NCBI GenBank assembly: GCA_034430595.1
Contig: DAOUEL010000078.1
Location: 285,013 to 349,012, forward strand
Direction of reading: 5' to 3'
From: Anaerolineales bacterium
Lineage (GTDB): Bacteria; Chloroflexota; Anaerolineae; Anaerolineales; E44-bin32
DNA: 64,000 bases
In this document: positions 17,861 through 27,104 of the stretch, piece by piece
How the letters are laid out: each line of letters starts with the position of its first letter
Numbering within the stretch: the stretch's first letter is position 1
Notes under the pieces: generated by a model
The model's database searches: none
Seen by the model: only the letters and a program-made list of their open reading frames with translations
Told to the model about the DNA's origin: nothing
Made by a program: the position numbers and the translations under genes

Positions 17861-19204
17861 ATGCGAAGATCAATCACCCGCTGGCTCTTTCTGCTGGCTC
17901 TGCTGTTTATGCTGCACCCATCCGTTACGCAGGCGCAGGCCGTGCGCCGTGTGCTGCTGCTGGATGTGCAGGGACCGCTGACCCCGGCGACGGTGAGCTA
18001 TATCGAGCGCGGCATCTCACAGGCAAATCGTTCACAGGTAGAAGCCCTGATCCTGCAGTTGGACACTCCGGGTGGTTCGATCGATCTGATGAACAATATT
18101 GTGCAGGCGATCCGTGCCAGCGACACTCCGGTCATCGTATACGTCGCACCGCGCGGTGCAATCGCCGGGAGCGCTGGGACCGTTATCACGCTCGCAGGAC
18201 ACCTGGCTGCGATGGCGCCGGAGACGGCGATCGGCGCCGCCAGCCCGGTCGGGGGCCAGGGAGAAGACCTCGAACAAACCATAGAAACCAAGCAGAAGGA
18301 AATTATGAAAGCCACCGTTCGCAGCCTGGCCGTCAACCGGGGACCGCAGGCGATTGCATTGGCCGAGGCGACAATTGAAGAGGCAAAGGCCGCCTCGGCC
18401 GAAGAAGCGCTCCAGGTTGGCTTGATTGACGTTATCGCGGTTGATGTCTCTGACCTACTGCGCCAGGTCGATGGGCGCACCGTCTCTATCAATGGCGGGC
18501 GTACACTCGCGACGGCTGGCGCCGAGGTCGACATCGTCCCGCAGCGCTTCATCGAGCAATTTCTACAAATCCTCACCAATCCGAACATCGTCTTTCTGCT
18601 TCTGACAGTCGGCGTGCAGGCAGTTTTAATCGAGATTTCAAGCCCGGGTGGTTGGATCGCGGGCTTTATCGGGCTTGTCTGTTTGGCGCTGGGAACGTAC
18701 GGGCTGGGCATCCTGCCGGTCAACTGGTTCGGGTTGGCCTTTTTGCTCACCGCTTTCGTGCTCTTTATTCTGGATGTAAAAGCACCCACGCATGGTGCAT
18801 TGACGGTGGCCGGCGTTGCTTCGTTCATCGTCGGATCGCTGGTGCTCTTCAACTCTCCCTCCACCCCCGATTTCCAGCGCGTCTCGGTGCCGTTGGTGGT
18901 TGGAACCGGCATCGCCACGGCGGCCTTCTTTATGACCATTCTCGCCTTTGCCATACGCGGTTTTAAACGTCCTGTCGAAACGGGCGCTGAAGCGATCATC
19001 GGCAGGGTGGGCGAGGTGCGTACCGCACTTGCCCCGGTTGGAATGGTCCAGGTCGCGGGGGAATTGTGGTCGGCTGAGGTTGAAGAAGAGGATGAACCGC
19101 TCGGTGTAGGAACGCGTATCCAGGTGTTTGGTGTCGATGGACTGAAGCTGCGCGTGCGCAGATACGTGAAGCCTGCAGTTGACTCAGTTCCACCGAAAAT
19201 GTAA
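17861..19204 (+). CDS. NfeD-family membrane-bound serine protease (ClpP-class)
   Basis: Signal peptide, then a ClpP/S49-like domain (LLDVQGPLTP...LDTPGGSIDL...AGSAGTVI). Multiple TM helices and a C-terminal OB-like NfeD domain follow. Confidence 0.88.
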   Translation: MRRSITRWLFLLALLFMLHPSVTQAQAVRRVLLLDVQGPLTPATVSYIERGISQANRSQVEALILQLDTPGGSIDLMNNIVQAIRASDTPVIVYVAPRGAIAGSAGTVITLAGHLAAMAPETAIGAASPVGGQGEDLEQTIETKQKEIMKATVRSLAVNRGPQAIALAEATIEEAKAASAEEALQVGLIDVIAVDVSDLLRQVDGRTVSINGGRTLATAGAEVDIVPQRFIEQFLQILTNPNIVFLLLTVGVQAVLIEISSPGGWIAGFIGLVCLALGTYGLGILPVNWFGLAFLLTAFVLFILDVKAPTHGALTVAGVASFIVGSLVLFNSPSTPDFQRVSVPLVVGTGIATAAFFMTILAFAIRGFKRPVETGAEAIIGRVGEVRTALAPVGMVQVAGELWSAEVEEEDEPLGVGTRIQVFGVDGLKLRVRRYVKPAVDSVPPKM

Positions 19205-19234
19205 ACTTGCGCGCAAGCGTCAAGGAGGCTTTCT

Positions 19235-19843
19235 ATGACACCCTCTGCCTACAGAATGATCGTGAGGAGCGGTCCGAATCCAGGAACCGTCTTCGAGTTG
19301 ACCAGGGAAGTATCGACTATCGGGCGCGATGTGACGAACGAGGTCGTCATTGGCGATGCGGAGATCTCACGCCAGCACGCTCGCCTGACGCGCACCCCCG
19401 GCGGTTACGTGCTCGAGGACCTTGGTTCGACCAATGGCACCTTTGTTAACAGCGAGCGCCTGATGGCACCGCGCGTGCTCAATCCGGGCGATTTGATCGC
19501 CTTAGGCGAAAACGTTAACTTGATGTTCGACGCGGTTGCGCCAGAAGCAGCCGCGACGGTCGCGAGCCCGGTGGGTTCACCGGCAACGGTGGAACCACAA
19601 CAAGCTGCGCCACCTCGGAAAGCCGCCGCTCCTGCTGCCCCTCCCCCTGCAGCCAGCGCGCCCCCCATGGGAGCGATTCCTGCCCCACCGGCCGCTGAAA
19701 CACCAAGGAAACGCTTCGGAGGTTGGAAGCTGGCAGCGGTCGGATGTTTTGTCCTGATTCTGGCCTGCATCGGTACATTATTCTTCATGGATGCTTTCTA
19801 CCCGGACGTGCTCTACGCACCCCTGCGCTGGTTCGGTTTCTAG
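19235..19843 (+). CDS. FHA-domain protein with Pro/Ala-rich linker and C-terminal TM helix
   Basis: IGRDVTNEVVIGDAEISRQHARL...LGSTNGTFVN is an FHA core. A PA-rich stretch and then WKLAAVGCFVLILACIGTLFF follow. Confidence 0.88.
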   Translation: MTPSAYRMIVRSGPNPGTVFELTREVSTIGRDVTNEVVIGDAEISRQHARLTRTPGGYVLEDLGSTNGTFVNSERLMAPRVLNPGDLIALGENVNLMFDAVAPEAAATVASPVGSPATVEPQQAAPPRKAAAPAAPPPAASAPPMGAIPAPPAAETPRKRFGGWKLAAVGCFVLILACIGTLFFMDAFYPDVLYAPLRWFGF

Positions 19844-19866
19844 ACCGCACAAAGAAAACAGAACAG

Positions 19867-19894
19867 AAAGGACGGCCAGCGGCCGTCCTTTTTC
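19867..19894 (+). terminator. intrinsic terminator
   Basis: AAAGGACGGCC-AGC-GGCCGTCCTTT followed by a T-run. Confidence 0.8.
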
Positions 19895-19964
19895 GTTCTA
19901 CATGTAACCTCAGCCAGACTGCCGCATCGAATGAGGTTAGACCAATATGTAAGGAAACGATACT

Positions 19965-20375
19965 ATGGAAATGGAAATCACATTCCCCGGCGGAGCCCGC
20001 GTGGACGCGAATTTCGGGCCCTTCAGTGTGAAGACAGACCAGCCCCCGATGGGGGGCGGCGAGGGCTCCGCACCGACACCCTTCGCTACTTTTCTGGCTT
20101 CAATTGGCACCTGTGCCGGGATCTACGTGCTTGGTTTTTTGCGACAGCGTGGCCTGCCGACTGAGGGGGTCCGCATCATTCAGCGCACGCACAGCAACCC
20201 AATGACTGGTATGGTGACGAAGATCGACTTGCAGATTGTAGTCCCCGAGGATTTCCCCGAGAAGTATCATGAGGCACTGGTGCGGTCCGCTGAGTTATGT
20301 GCAGTGAAGAAGCATTTTGAGCAAGTTCCAGAATTTAACATCACGACCGAGGCCGTCGCACCAGTAGCAGGCTGA
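19965..20375 (+). CDS. OsmC family protein
   Basis: 136 aa with GGGEGSAPTPFATFLASIGTCAGIYV and the ELCAVKKH Cys pair typical of OsmC/Ohr-like proteins. Confidence 0.85.
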   Translation: MEMEITFPGGARVDANFGPFSVKTDQPPMGGGEGSAPTPFATFLASIGTCAGIYVLGFLRQRGLPTEGVRIIQRTHSNPMTGMVTKIDLQIVVPEDFPEKYHEALVRSAELCAVKKHFEQVPEFNITTEAVAPVAG

Positions 20376-20498
20376 AACGCTATTCGTCTAAATCGAAACG
20401 TTGGGCGACCGCCTTCCGATTGTTCTTCCTGGGCCTGCTTTGCTGCGTGGATCCTTCCAGCAGGCAGGGCTTTACGAAACCTAGTGAGTTAACCATCG

Positions 20499-20533
20499 CC
20501 GCTCAGGGGCCGGGTTACCCGGCCCCTGAGCGG
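20499..20533. terminator. bidirectional terminator hairpin between convergent OsmC and clpB genes
   Basis: Perfect 16-bp stem CCGCTCAGGGGCCGGG / CCCGGCCCCTGAGCGG with a 3-nt loop. Confidence 0.75.
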
Positions 20534-20554
20534 TCTCTGATAAGTGGATAAACG

Positions 20555-23158
20555 TCACGCAGCCTGTTCGGATACCTCGCGGGGCTTGATCGCCTCGAAG
20601 GTCAGGCCTTCTGACCCGTGCTCGACATGGATCGTATCTCCGGGTTTGAAGTCGCCGGCCAGGATGCGCAGGGCAAGCGGATCTTGCAGTTCGCGCTGCA
20701 GCGTGCGCTTCAAAGGCCGAGCCCCGTAAACTGGCTCGTAGCCCGTTTCCGCCAGGTAGGCTTTAGCCGCCTCGCTCAGGTCGAGACCAAATCCCTGTTC
20801 TGCCAACCGTGCACGCACCCGCCGGAGCTGGATTTCGACAATTTGCTTTAAATCGCCCATCGTCAGCCGGTGGAAGATGATGATCTCATCGATGCGGTTG
20901 AGAAATTCTGGCCGGAAGTGGCGGGTGAGGAGGTCACGCACCTTCGCTTCGGTTGCCTCGGTGCTGCCCTCGGGATCATCCCACAGTTCCGTACCCAGGT
21001 TGCTGGTCATAATGACAACCGTATTGCGAAAGTCAACGGTTCGGCCCTGGCCATCGGTCAGGCGGCCATCGTCGAGGAGCTGCAGGAGAACGTTGAAGAC
21101 CTCTGGATGGGCCTTCTCGATCTCATCAAAAAGGATCACGCTGTAGGGGCGGCGGCGGACAGCTTCGGTCAATTGGCCACCTTCCTCATAGCCGACATAT
21201 CCTGGGGGCGCACCGATCAGTCTTGAGACGGTATGTTTCTCCTGGTATTCCCCCATGTCAATCCGCACCATGGCGTGTTCATCATCGAAGAGAAATTCGG
21301 CCAGAGCCCGGCCGAGTTCGGTCTTTCCCACCCCGGTCGGCCCCAGGAAAATAAACGAACCGATTGGTCGATCGGGATCCTGCAGACCTGAGCGCGCCCT
21401 CCGAACGGCGTTGGCGACCGCCCGGACGGCTTCGTCCTGCCCGATGACACGCTGGTGCAGGCGGTCTTCCATATGAAGCAGCTTCTGCATCTCGCCTTCG
21501 AGCAGCCGCGAGACAGGGATCCCGGTCCAGCGTGAAACAACGTTGGCGATATCCTCAGCATCCACTTCTTCTTTCAGCAGTGGGGCTTCGGATTGAGCCT
21601 CATGTAAGCGCTGTTCAAGCTCACTCAGCTTGGTCTCAAGCTCGCGCTGGGTTCCATAGCGCAGGCGGGCAGCTTCCTCCAGGTTAGCCTGGCGTTCGGC
21701 GCGTTCAATCTGCAGCCGGGTATCTTCGAGCTGCCCCTTGATATCGCGTATCTCGCCGATAACCCCTTTCTCGGCCTGCCAGCGGCTGGTGAGCTGGCTC
21801 GACTCCTCGCGAAGGTCAGCCAGTTCGCTTTCCAGCTTATCAAGCCGGGTGCGGGAGGCCTTGTCCTTCTCCTTCTTCAACGCTTCGCGCTCGATCTCGA
21901 ACTGCATGATCTGCCGGTCGACTTCATCCAGCGCCTGGGGTTTAGAGTCGATTTCGGTCCGCAGCCTCGCGCCTGCTTCGTCGATCAAATCGATCGCCTT
22001 GTCGGGCAGGAAGCGATCGGCGATGTAGCGATGCGAGAGCGTGGCGGCAGCGATCACAGCGCTGTCCTGGATGCGCACGCCGTGGTGAATCTCATAGCGC
22101 TCTTTCAGGCCACGCAGGATGCTGATGGTATCTTCGACGCTCGGTTCAGCGACGAAGACTGGCTGAAAGCGGCGTTCGAGTGCGGCGTCCTTCTCGATGT
22201 ATTTGCGGTATTCATCGAGTGTTGTGGCGCCAATCATGTGCAGTTCACCGCGGGCCAGCATAGGTTTGAGCATATTTCCGGCATCCATCGACCCTTCGGC
22301 TGATCCTGCTCCGACGACGGTGTGCATTTCGTCGACGAAGAGCAGGATTTCCCCGGCGGCGTCGGTGATTTCGGTCAGAACCGCTTTAAGCCGCTCTTCG
22401 AACTCACCGCGATACTTGGATCCAGCAACCAGCGCGCCCAGGTCGAGCTGCACGATGCGTTTGTTCTTCAAACCCTCCGGCACATCACCGTTGACGATCC
22501 GCTGTGCCAGGCCTTCGACGATCGCCGTCTTGCCAACACCCGGATCACCGATCAGCGCCGGGTTGTTCTTGGTGCGCCGCGAGAGAACCTGAATTAAACG
22601 CCGGATCTCCTCATCACGGCCAATAACCGGATCGAGTTTGCCGCGCCGGGCAAGCTGGGTTAGATCGCGGCCGTATTTTTCGAGCGCCTGAAAGGTATCC
22701 TCTGGATTGGGCGTTACCACGCGCTGTGAGCCGCGAATCGAAGTCAAGACTTTCAGAATAGCTTCCGGTGTGACCCCAAAAGAGCTCAGCGTGTCAGACA
22801 GTGGTCCAGCAGTGAGCGCCAGCAGCAAGTGTTCGGTTGACACATATTCGTCTTTCATGGCCGCAGCCTGTTTTTCGGCTGCCGCGAGTGCCTGCGAGGT
22901 TGAACGTGCCATGCCAGGCTGATCGCCCCCACCAACCATCGTTGGACGCTTCTCGAGCTGTTGTTCAATCTCCTGCAGCAGCATGGCCGGGCTTCCAGCG
23001 ATCTGAGTGACGATAGCCGGAACGACGCCTTCCGGCTGGCGCAGCAGCGCCAGCAGCAAATGCTCTGGCTCAATCGAGGCATGACCCATCTCACGCGCCT
23101 GGTGTTGGGCGTCGATCAATGCCGCCTGGGCTTTCTGTGTATACCGTTCAAGGTCCAT
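20555..23158 (-). CDS. clpB: ATP-dependent chaperone/disaggregase ClpB
   Basis: Clp_N repeats, two AAA+ modules ([15 protein letters not shown] and [15 protein letters not shown]) and a long coiled-coil middle domain. The start is trimmed to the ATG at 23158 ([11 protein letters not shown]), which has a GGAGA SD. The listed 926-aa ORF carries an implausible N-terminal extension. Confidence 0.96.
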   Translation of the reverse strand: MDLERYTQKAQAALIDAQHQAREMGHASIEPEHLLLALLRQPEGVVPAIVTQIAGSPAMLLQEIEQQLEKRPTMVGGGDQPGMARSTSQALAAAEKQAAAMKDEYVSTEHLLLALTAGPLSDTLSSFGVTPEAILKVLTSIRGSQRVVTPNPEDTFQALEKYGRDLTQLARRGKLDPVIGRDEEIRRLIQVLSRRTKNNPALIGDPGVGKTAIVEGLAQRIVNGDVPEGLKNKRIVQLDLGALVAGSKYRGEFEERLKAVLTEITDAAGEILLFVDEMHTVVGAGSAEGSMDAGNMLKPMLARGELHMIGATTLDEYRKYIEKDAALERRFQPVFVAEPSVEDTISILRGLKERYEIHHGVRIQDSAVIAAATLSHRYIADRFLPDKAIDLIDEAGARLRTEIDSKPQALDEVDRQIMQFEIEREALKKEKDKASRTRLDKLESELADLREESSQLTSRWQAEKGVIGEIRDIKGQLEDTRLQIERAERQANLEEAARLRYGTQRELETKLSELEQRLHEAQSEAPLLKEEVDAEDIANVVSRWTGIPVSRLLEGEMQKLLHMEDRLHQRVIGQDEAVRAVANAVRRARSGLQDPDRPIGSFIFLGPTGVGKTELGRALAEFLFDDEHAMVRIDMGEYQEKHTVSRLIGAPPGYVGYEEGGQLTEAVRRRPYSVILFDEIEKAHPEVFNVLLQLLDDGRLTDGQGRTVDFRNTVVIMTSNLGTELWDDPEGSTEATEAKVRDLLTRHFRPEFLNRIDEIIIFHRLTMGDLKQIVEIQLRRVRARLAEQGFGLDLSEAAKAYLAETGYEPVYGARPLKRTLQRELQDPLALRILAGDFKPGDTIHVEHGSEGLTFEAIKPREVSEQAA

Positions 23159-23281
23159 ATCAACTTCTCCTGAAATCAAGCGTAAGAAACCGTTTGGTTT
23201 GAGCCCTGTCCCCTGCTTCGTAATCCCAGGGCTCAGACAGCTTAATTGTAGGGTCCGCATATATGATGAACGTTGGCACAT

Positions 23282-23312
23282 TATTAACGCAGTATCTGGG
23301 GCGGCGTTAATA
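23282..23312. promoter_or_regulatory. perfect 9-bp inverted repeat TATTAACGC-N13-GCGTTAATA in the clpB/hsp20 divergent intergenic region
   Basis: Read directly from the sequence. It lies 96 nt upstream of the hsp20 ATG and 124 nt upstream of the clpB ATG. It matches neither CIRCE nor HAIR consensus. Confidence 0.4.
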
Positions 23313-23407
23313 GAGTTCCAATATACGTATTGCATCTCTCTGATAATGGACGGATATGATCTATATCATCTGAGAGTAAGTTCACCGAATTAAAGGAGTG
23401 AGAAACG

Positions 23408-23803
23408 ATGACGTACTATTTGGTACCGCGCAAGTATGGCCGTTGGGTTGGATATCGTCCGGTAGGCTTTAACGGCGGACGCCGGCTGCCAGTCGATGTG
23501 CACGCCAGCGGTGATGATTTTGTGATCAGCGCATCCGTACCCGGTTTGAAAGCAGAAGACCTTAAGATCCAGATTCTGGATGATGTTGTTACCTTACAGG
23601 CCGAGGTTCAGGATATGGAGGTGGAATCGGAGACGGTCCTGCTGCGTGAGATCCCCCAGGGAGGCTTTGAGCGCAGCTTGCGGCTTCCGGCTCCACTCGA
23701 TGCCCAGCACGCTGAGGCGAAGATCGAGAATGGATTGCTCACACTGCGAATCCCGAAGTCCGAAGAGGCACGCCCAAAGGTGATCGAAGTCAAGGCACGC
23801 TAA
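23408..23803 (+). CDS. Hsp20/alpha-crystallin small heat-shock protein
   Basis: 131 aa with an alpha-crystallin core (VDVHASGDDFVISASVPGLKAEDLKIQI...FERSLRLP...ENGLLTLRIPK). AAGGAG SD. Confidence 0.93.
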   Translation: MTYYLVPRKYGRWVGYRPVGFNGGRRLPVDVHASGDDFVISASVPGLKAEDLKIQILDDVVTLQAEVQDMEVESETVLLREIPQGGFERSLRLPAPLDAQHAEAKIENGLLTLRIPKSEEARPKVIEVKAR

Positions 23804-23823
23804 GGTATAAATCCTTCTGAGGT

Positions 23824-23859
23824 ACAATGGGCGGCAAATGCCGCCCATTGTTGCTTTTT
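23824..23859 (+). terminator. intrinsic terminator after hsp20
   Basis: ACAATGGGCGGC-AAAT-GCCGCCCATTGT followed by TGCTTTTT. Confidence 0.75.
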
Positions 23860-23869
23860 CGGAGACGGT

Positions 23870-24562
23870 ATGTTCCCCATTCGGGATACAATTCGAAGTC
23901 GTTCCATACCGATCGTCAATTACTCTCTAATCGCTGCGAACGTCCTGGTCTATCTTTTTCAATCAATCCTCTCCCAGCGCGGGTTTCAAACACTATTGGG
24001 GTCGTTTGGATTAATACCAGCCACCTTCACGCTAGCCAGTTCCCACAGCTTGCTGACGATTATTACATCGATGTTCTTGCACGGCAGTTGGTTCCACGTG
24101 CTGAGCAATATGTGGGTGCTATATATCTTCGGTGACAACGTCGAAGATCGGATGGGATCGATCCGCTATCTGATTTTCTACCTGCTGTCTGGAATTTTGG
24201 CAGCGTTGACCCATGTCTTCTTCGCACCTGGGTTGGCGGTTCCAACAGTGGGCGCAAGCGGTGCGATCGCAGGCGTGTTGGGAGCCTATTTCTATCTTTT
24301 CCCGCGCTCCAGAGTGCTGACTTTTGTCCCGCTCTTCATTCTCCCCTGGTTTATCGAAGTCCCGGCGGTAGTCTTTCTCGGTTTGTGGTTCATCTTGCAA
24401 CTGTTCAGCGGCCTGATGATCGGGGGGCTGGCGATGGAAGGCATCGCCTGGTGGGCTCATATCGGTGGCTTTATCTTTGGCTATATCCTGGTCCGGGCTT
24501 TCGTCCCCCGGCCGCGAGTGATGGTCGTCCGACATCAGGGAGATCCATGGTCCTATGGCTGA
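23870..24562 (+). CDS. rhomboid-family intramembrane serine protease
   Basis: Six or more TM helices, with HGSWFHVLSNM, the catalytic GASGAIAGVLGAY and AHIGGFIFG motifs. Confidence 0.9.
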   Translation: MFPIRDTIRSRSIPIVNYSLIAANVLVYLFQSILSQRGFQTLLGSFGLIPATFTLASSHSLLTIITSMFLHGSWFHVLSNMWVLYIFGDNVEDRMGSIRYLIFYLLSGILAALTHVFFAPGLAVPTVGASGAIAGVLGAYFYLFPRSRVLTFVPLFILPWFIEVPAVVFLGLWFILQLFSGLMIGGLAMEGIAWWAHIGGFIFGYILVRAFVPRPRVMVVRHQGDPWSYG

Positions 24563-24644
24563 TACAATCAGCTTGAGCTAATGAGATTTGGGGCAATTTT
24601 GTGCGAATGAAAGCGCAGCTCGAACTGCGCGGGGAGGTCGCGGT

Positions 24645-25406
24645 ATGTCTGAAAAGCCCGTGAAAATCGATGTCAACCAGGCAGGACTGGAGGCCTTAAC
24701 AGTTCTTCCTGGTGTTGGTGAGGAGATTGCCGCCCGGATTATCTCGCGGCGCCCCTACAAGGGGGCTGGCGAACTTTTGAACGTTCCAGGCATCGGTCCA
24801 AAGGGCGTCGAGCGCCTGACCCCCTATCTGGTGTTCAATGCAGAGCCGGGCTCAAACAACCAGGGTGTTCGAAGCACCTCCAGAGGAATGCCCTCACCGG
24901 GCAGTAGATCCGGCGCTGGAGTGGAGAAAGGCGCTCCGGAAGCAGGCCGCGGGATCACTCGCCAGACGCTGCTCTGGTTTTGTCTCGGCACCGGATTGGT
25001 TAGCGTCCTTGTCTCGGTGATCCTGAGCCTGGCGATCCTGGCCGGGATTAACGGCACCTTGAGCATAGAACGCAATGCAAGCATCCGGCAGTTGAATGGA
25101 CGAGCTTCAGCCGCGGAGCAGCAGCTTGAAGAGCTTGGTGCGAGCATCGATTCGCTCGAAACCCGCCTGAAATCCGTCGAAGGACTGAGCGGCAGGATGA
25201 CCACCATGGAAGACGAATTCGCTTCCATGCGAGAACAGGTGGATGCGGCGCGGGCTGAAGTGGATGGAATTCAAACGACTGTGTCGGGCTTGTCCGGGCA
25301 GATCGGATCACTCGAGAGCCGAGTCAGCGTGTTCGACGCCTTCCTGCGCGGGATCGAACGCATCCTGCAGGAGGTTCTCCCGCAGCAGCCAATGGAGGTC
25401 CCATGA
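24645..25406 (+). CDS. ComEA-like helix-hairpin-helix protein with one TM helix and a C-terminal coiled coil
   Basis: IDVNQAGLEALTVLPGVGEEIAARII...LLNVPGIGPKGVERL is a tandem HhH. A TM helix (LLWFCLGTGLVSVLVSVILSLAIL) and a heptad-rich tail follow. ATG at 24645 with a GGAGG SD. Confidence 0.75.
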   Translation: MSEKPVKIDVNQAGLEALTVLPGVGEEIAARIISRRPYKGAGELLNVPGIGPKGVERLTPYLVFNAEPGSNNQGVRSTSRGMPSPGSRSGAGVEKGAPEAGRGITRQTLLWFCLGTGLVSVLVSVILSLAILAGINGTLSIERNASIRQLNGRASAAEQQLEELGASIDSLETRLKSVEGLSGRMTTMEDEFASMREQVDAARAEVDGIQTTVSGLSGQIGSLESRVSVFDAFLRGIERILQEVLPQQPMEVP

Positions 25407-26275
25407 CCGAACAGAACCAGCTACCTGAGAGCGTACCTGAAACGAATCCAGAGGAATCCAGCTCAGCCGCTGCTTCCGGTCGCGGTCCTGGCCCTAGTCT
25501 GGCGGGAAGGATCGGCCGGGTTCTACTTCGCCTGCTGGTTGTTTTTATCCTTGGTGCGGCGTTGGGGGCGGGGATCTACTACGGTGCCATCAAGCTCTAT
25601 CGAGATGCGATCGAACCACTGCGGACGCTCGACACGCGCCTGGAGGACCTGCAGTTCCAGCTCGATCACCAGGCGGCGAACCAGCAGGACCAAATGGTGG
25701 AACTGCGTACTCGCTTGACCGAGCTCGAAGGCCGTGCAGCAGCTATCAACGAGCAGCTCTCCGAACTTGAAGCGCGGGTTGGCGTCCAGCAGGATGACCT
25801 GGGTGCTTTGCAATCTCAGGTTGGCGATTTAACCCAGTTCGAGAGGCGTCTGAATGCGCTGGTCGATGACCAGGAAGCTCTGACGACCCGCATGCAAGAA
25901 CTAGAAGACCTGGTTGCCGGCGGCGACCTGCCAGCGGAGCGAATCGACCGCAACCTGCAGCTGCTGCGGGCCATGACTATCATGACTCGCGCACGAGTGT
26001 CGCTAAACGATTTAAACCTGGGCTTGGCTCAGGCTGACCTTGGCGCGGCGAGTGATATATTGGCTATACTCACGGCAGGAAGCACCGGGCAAGCGGAAGG
26101 TGATTCAGCCGCCGAACCGGGGCTAGTTGAGGCGAGCGATCATCTTTCAGCTGCATTGAGCAATGTGCTCAGCAGGCCAGCGGTGGCCGAAGAAGAACTC
26201 GAGATCGCGTGGAAGTTGTTAATTGAGTTTACTTCATCAACTCTTGAGCCTTCTGTCGATGCGGTGACGGAATAG
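25403..26275 (+). CDS. single-TM coiled-coil protein, unknown function
   Basis: Acidic N-terminus, one TM helix (VLLRLLVVFILGAALGAGIYYGAI) and a long Leu/Glu/Gln heptad region. ATGA start/stop overlap with the upstream gene. GGAGG SD. Confidence 0.7.
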   Translation: MTEQNQLPESVPETNPEESSSAAASGRGPGPSLAGRIGRVLLRLLVVFILGAALGAGIYYGAIKLYRDAIEPLRTLDTRLEDLQFQLDHQAANQQDQMVELRTRLTELEGRAAAINEQLSELEARVGVQQDDLGALQSQVGDLTQFERRLNALVDDQEALTTRMQELEDLVAGGDLPAERIDRNLQLLRAMTIMTRARVSLNDLNLGLAQADLGAASDILAILTAGSTGQAEGDSAAEPGLVEASDHLSAALSNVLSRPAVAEEELEIAWKLLIEFTSSTLEPSVDAVTE

Positions 26276-26292
26276 CCTGGAGGGAGGCGGTA

Positions 26293-26955
26293 ATGCAGGA
26301 ACAGGAAAACGCAAGCCCGGGGCAGGAACCCGAATCGATCAACATGGACGCGGAAGCCGGAATAGACGAACAACGTTCCCCGGTTGAACCGCTGCCTGAA
26401 ACGTCCTCCGCCGAAATGCAACCAGCCCGACCAAGCAGACTGCGGCGCGTTCTCGTCTGGGTCCTCGCAATTCTGCTCGTATTCAGCCTCGGGGTGGGTG
26501 CGTGCTGGCTGACCCAGGTTCAACCCCAGCGTGAATTGATTGCCAGCCTCGAGAGTCGCACGGGGGATGCCGAAGCCCAGGCCGCGAACCTGCAGGCCGA
26601 GGTTACGAGATTATCGCCCTTCGAAGGCGAGAATGAAGCGCTGCGAACTCAGCTCAAGCGCAGCACACAGCATCTCGATCTGCTCTTCGTGCTCGTTGAT
26701 GTGACCAGTGCTCAGCTGGCGATGGTGCAGGAAGATATCCTTGCCGCCAAGGCCGCATTAAGTGGAACGGATGCTCGCCTCGGAAACCTGGAGTCGAATC
26801 TGAGCGGGGCGGAGGCTGAGACAGTGAAAGGGTTAAGTGAGCGGCTGACCTTGGTGCTGGATGAAGTTGAATCAGATGAATTCGCCGCCCGACGCGATCT
26901 TGAAATTCTCGCCAACAACCTGCTTTCGCTGGAGCGATCGCTATTCGGTGAATGA
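26293..26955 (+). CDS. single-TM coiled-coil protein, unknown function
   Basis: Same architecture as 25403..26275: acidic N-terminus, TM helix VLVWVLAILLVFSLGVGACWL, then coiled coil. GGGAGG SD. Confidence 0.7.
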   Translation: MQEQENASPGQEPESINMDAEAGIDEQRSPVEPLPETSSAEMQPARPSRLRRVLVWVLAILLVFSLGVGACWLTQVQPQRELIASLESRTGDAEAQAANLQAEVTRLSPFEGENEALRTQLKRSTQHLDLLFVLVDVTSAQLAMVQEDILAAKAALSGTDARLGNLESNLSGAEAETVKGLSERLTLVLDEVESDEFAARRDLEILANNLLSLERSLFGE

Positions 26956-26977
26956 CTTAATCGAACGGGGTGCGAAG

Positions 26978-27012
26978 GGGCCGCATGCAGCCATGCGGCC
27001 CGTTTTACTTTT
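26978..27012. terminator. intrinsic terminator between convergent operons
   Basis: GGGCCGCATG-CAGC-CATGCGGCCC followed by GTTTTACTTTT. Confidence 0.8.
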
Positions 27013-27104
27013 CCAGGTGCTATGCTTATCTGCTCATAATTTTGCTGATGGACGTACTGCGAGGAAACCGCTCCCCTGAAGGTTAGACCGTGAACGCTTA
27101 TGGG

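Noticed and set aside
17998-18999. 333-aa ORF on the minus strand, antisense to the NfeD-like gene. Similar long antisense ORFs include 3389..4084, 30510..31289, 41152..41799, 41466..42122, 42886..43440, 59610..60216, 50780..51370 and 51871..52305.
   Set aside because: Each lies fully inside a well-supported gene on the opposite strand. Each has an Arg/Ser/Pro/Ala-rich composition typical of shadow frames in GC-rich DNA, and none shows an SD or family motif.
23159-23335. N-terminal extension of the clpB ORF (59 extra aa). Similar extensions occur on clpC (39496), radA (42092), rnhB (to 16171), spoVS (to 57707), degV (to 46433) and priA (to 49694).
   Set aside because: The extensions are unlike the conserved family N-termini. 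Internal starts have good SD sequences. Several extensions would cross terminators or overlap upstream genes extensively.
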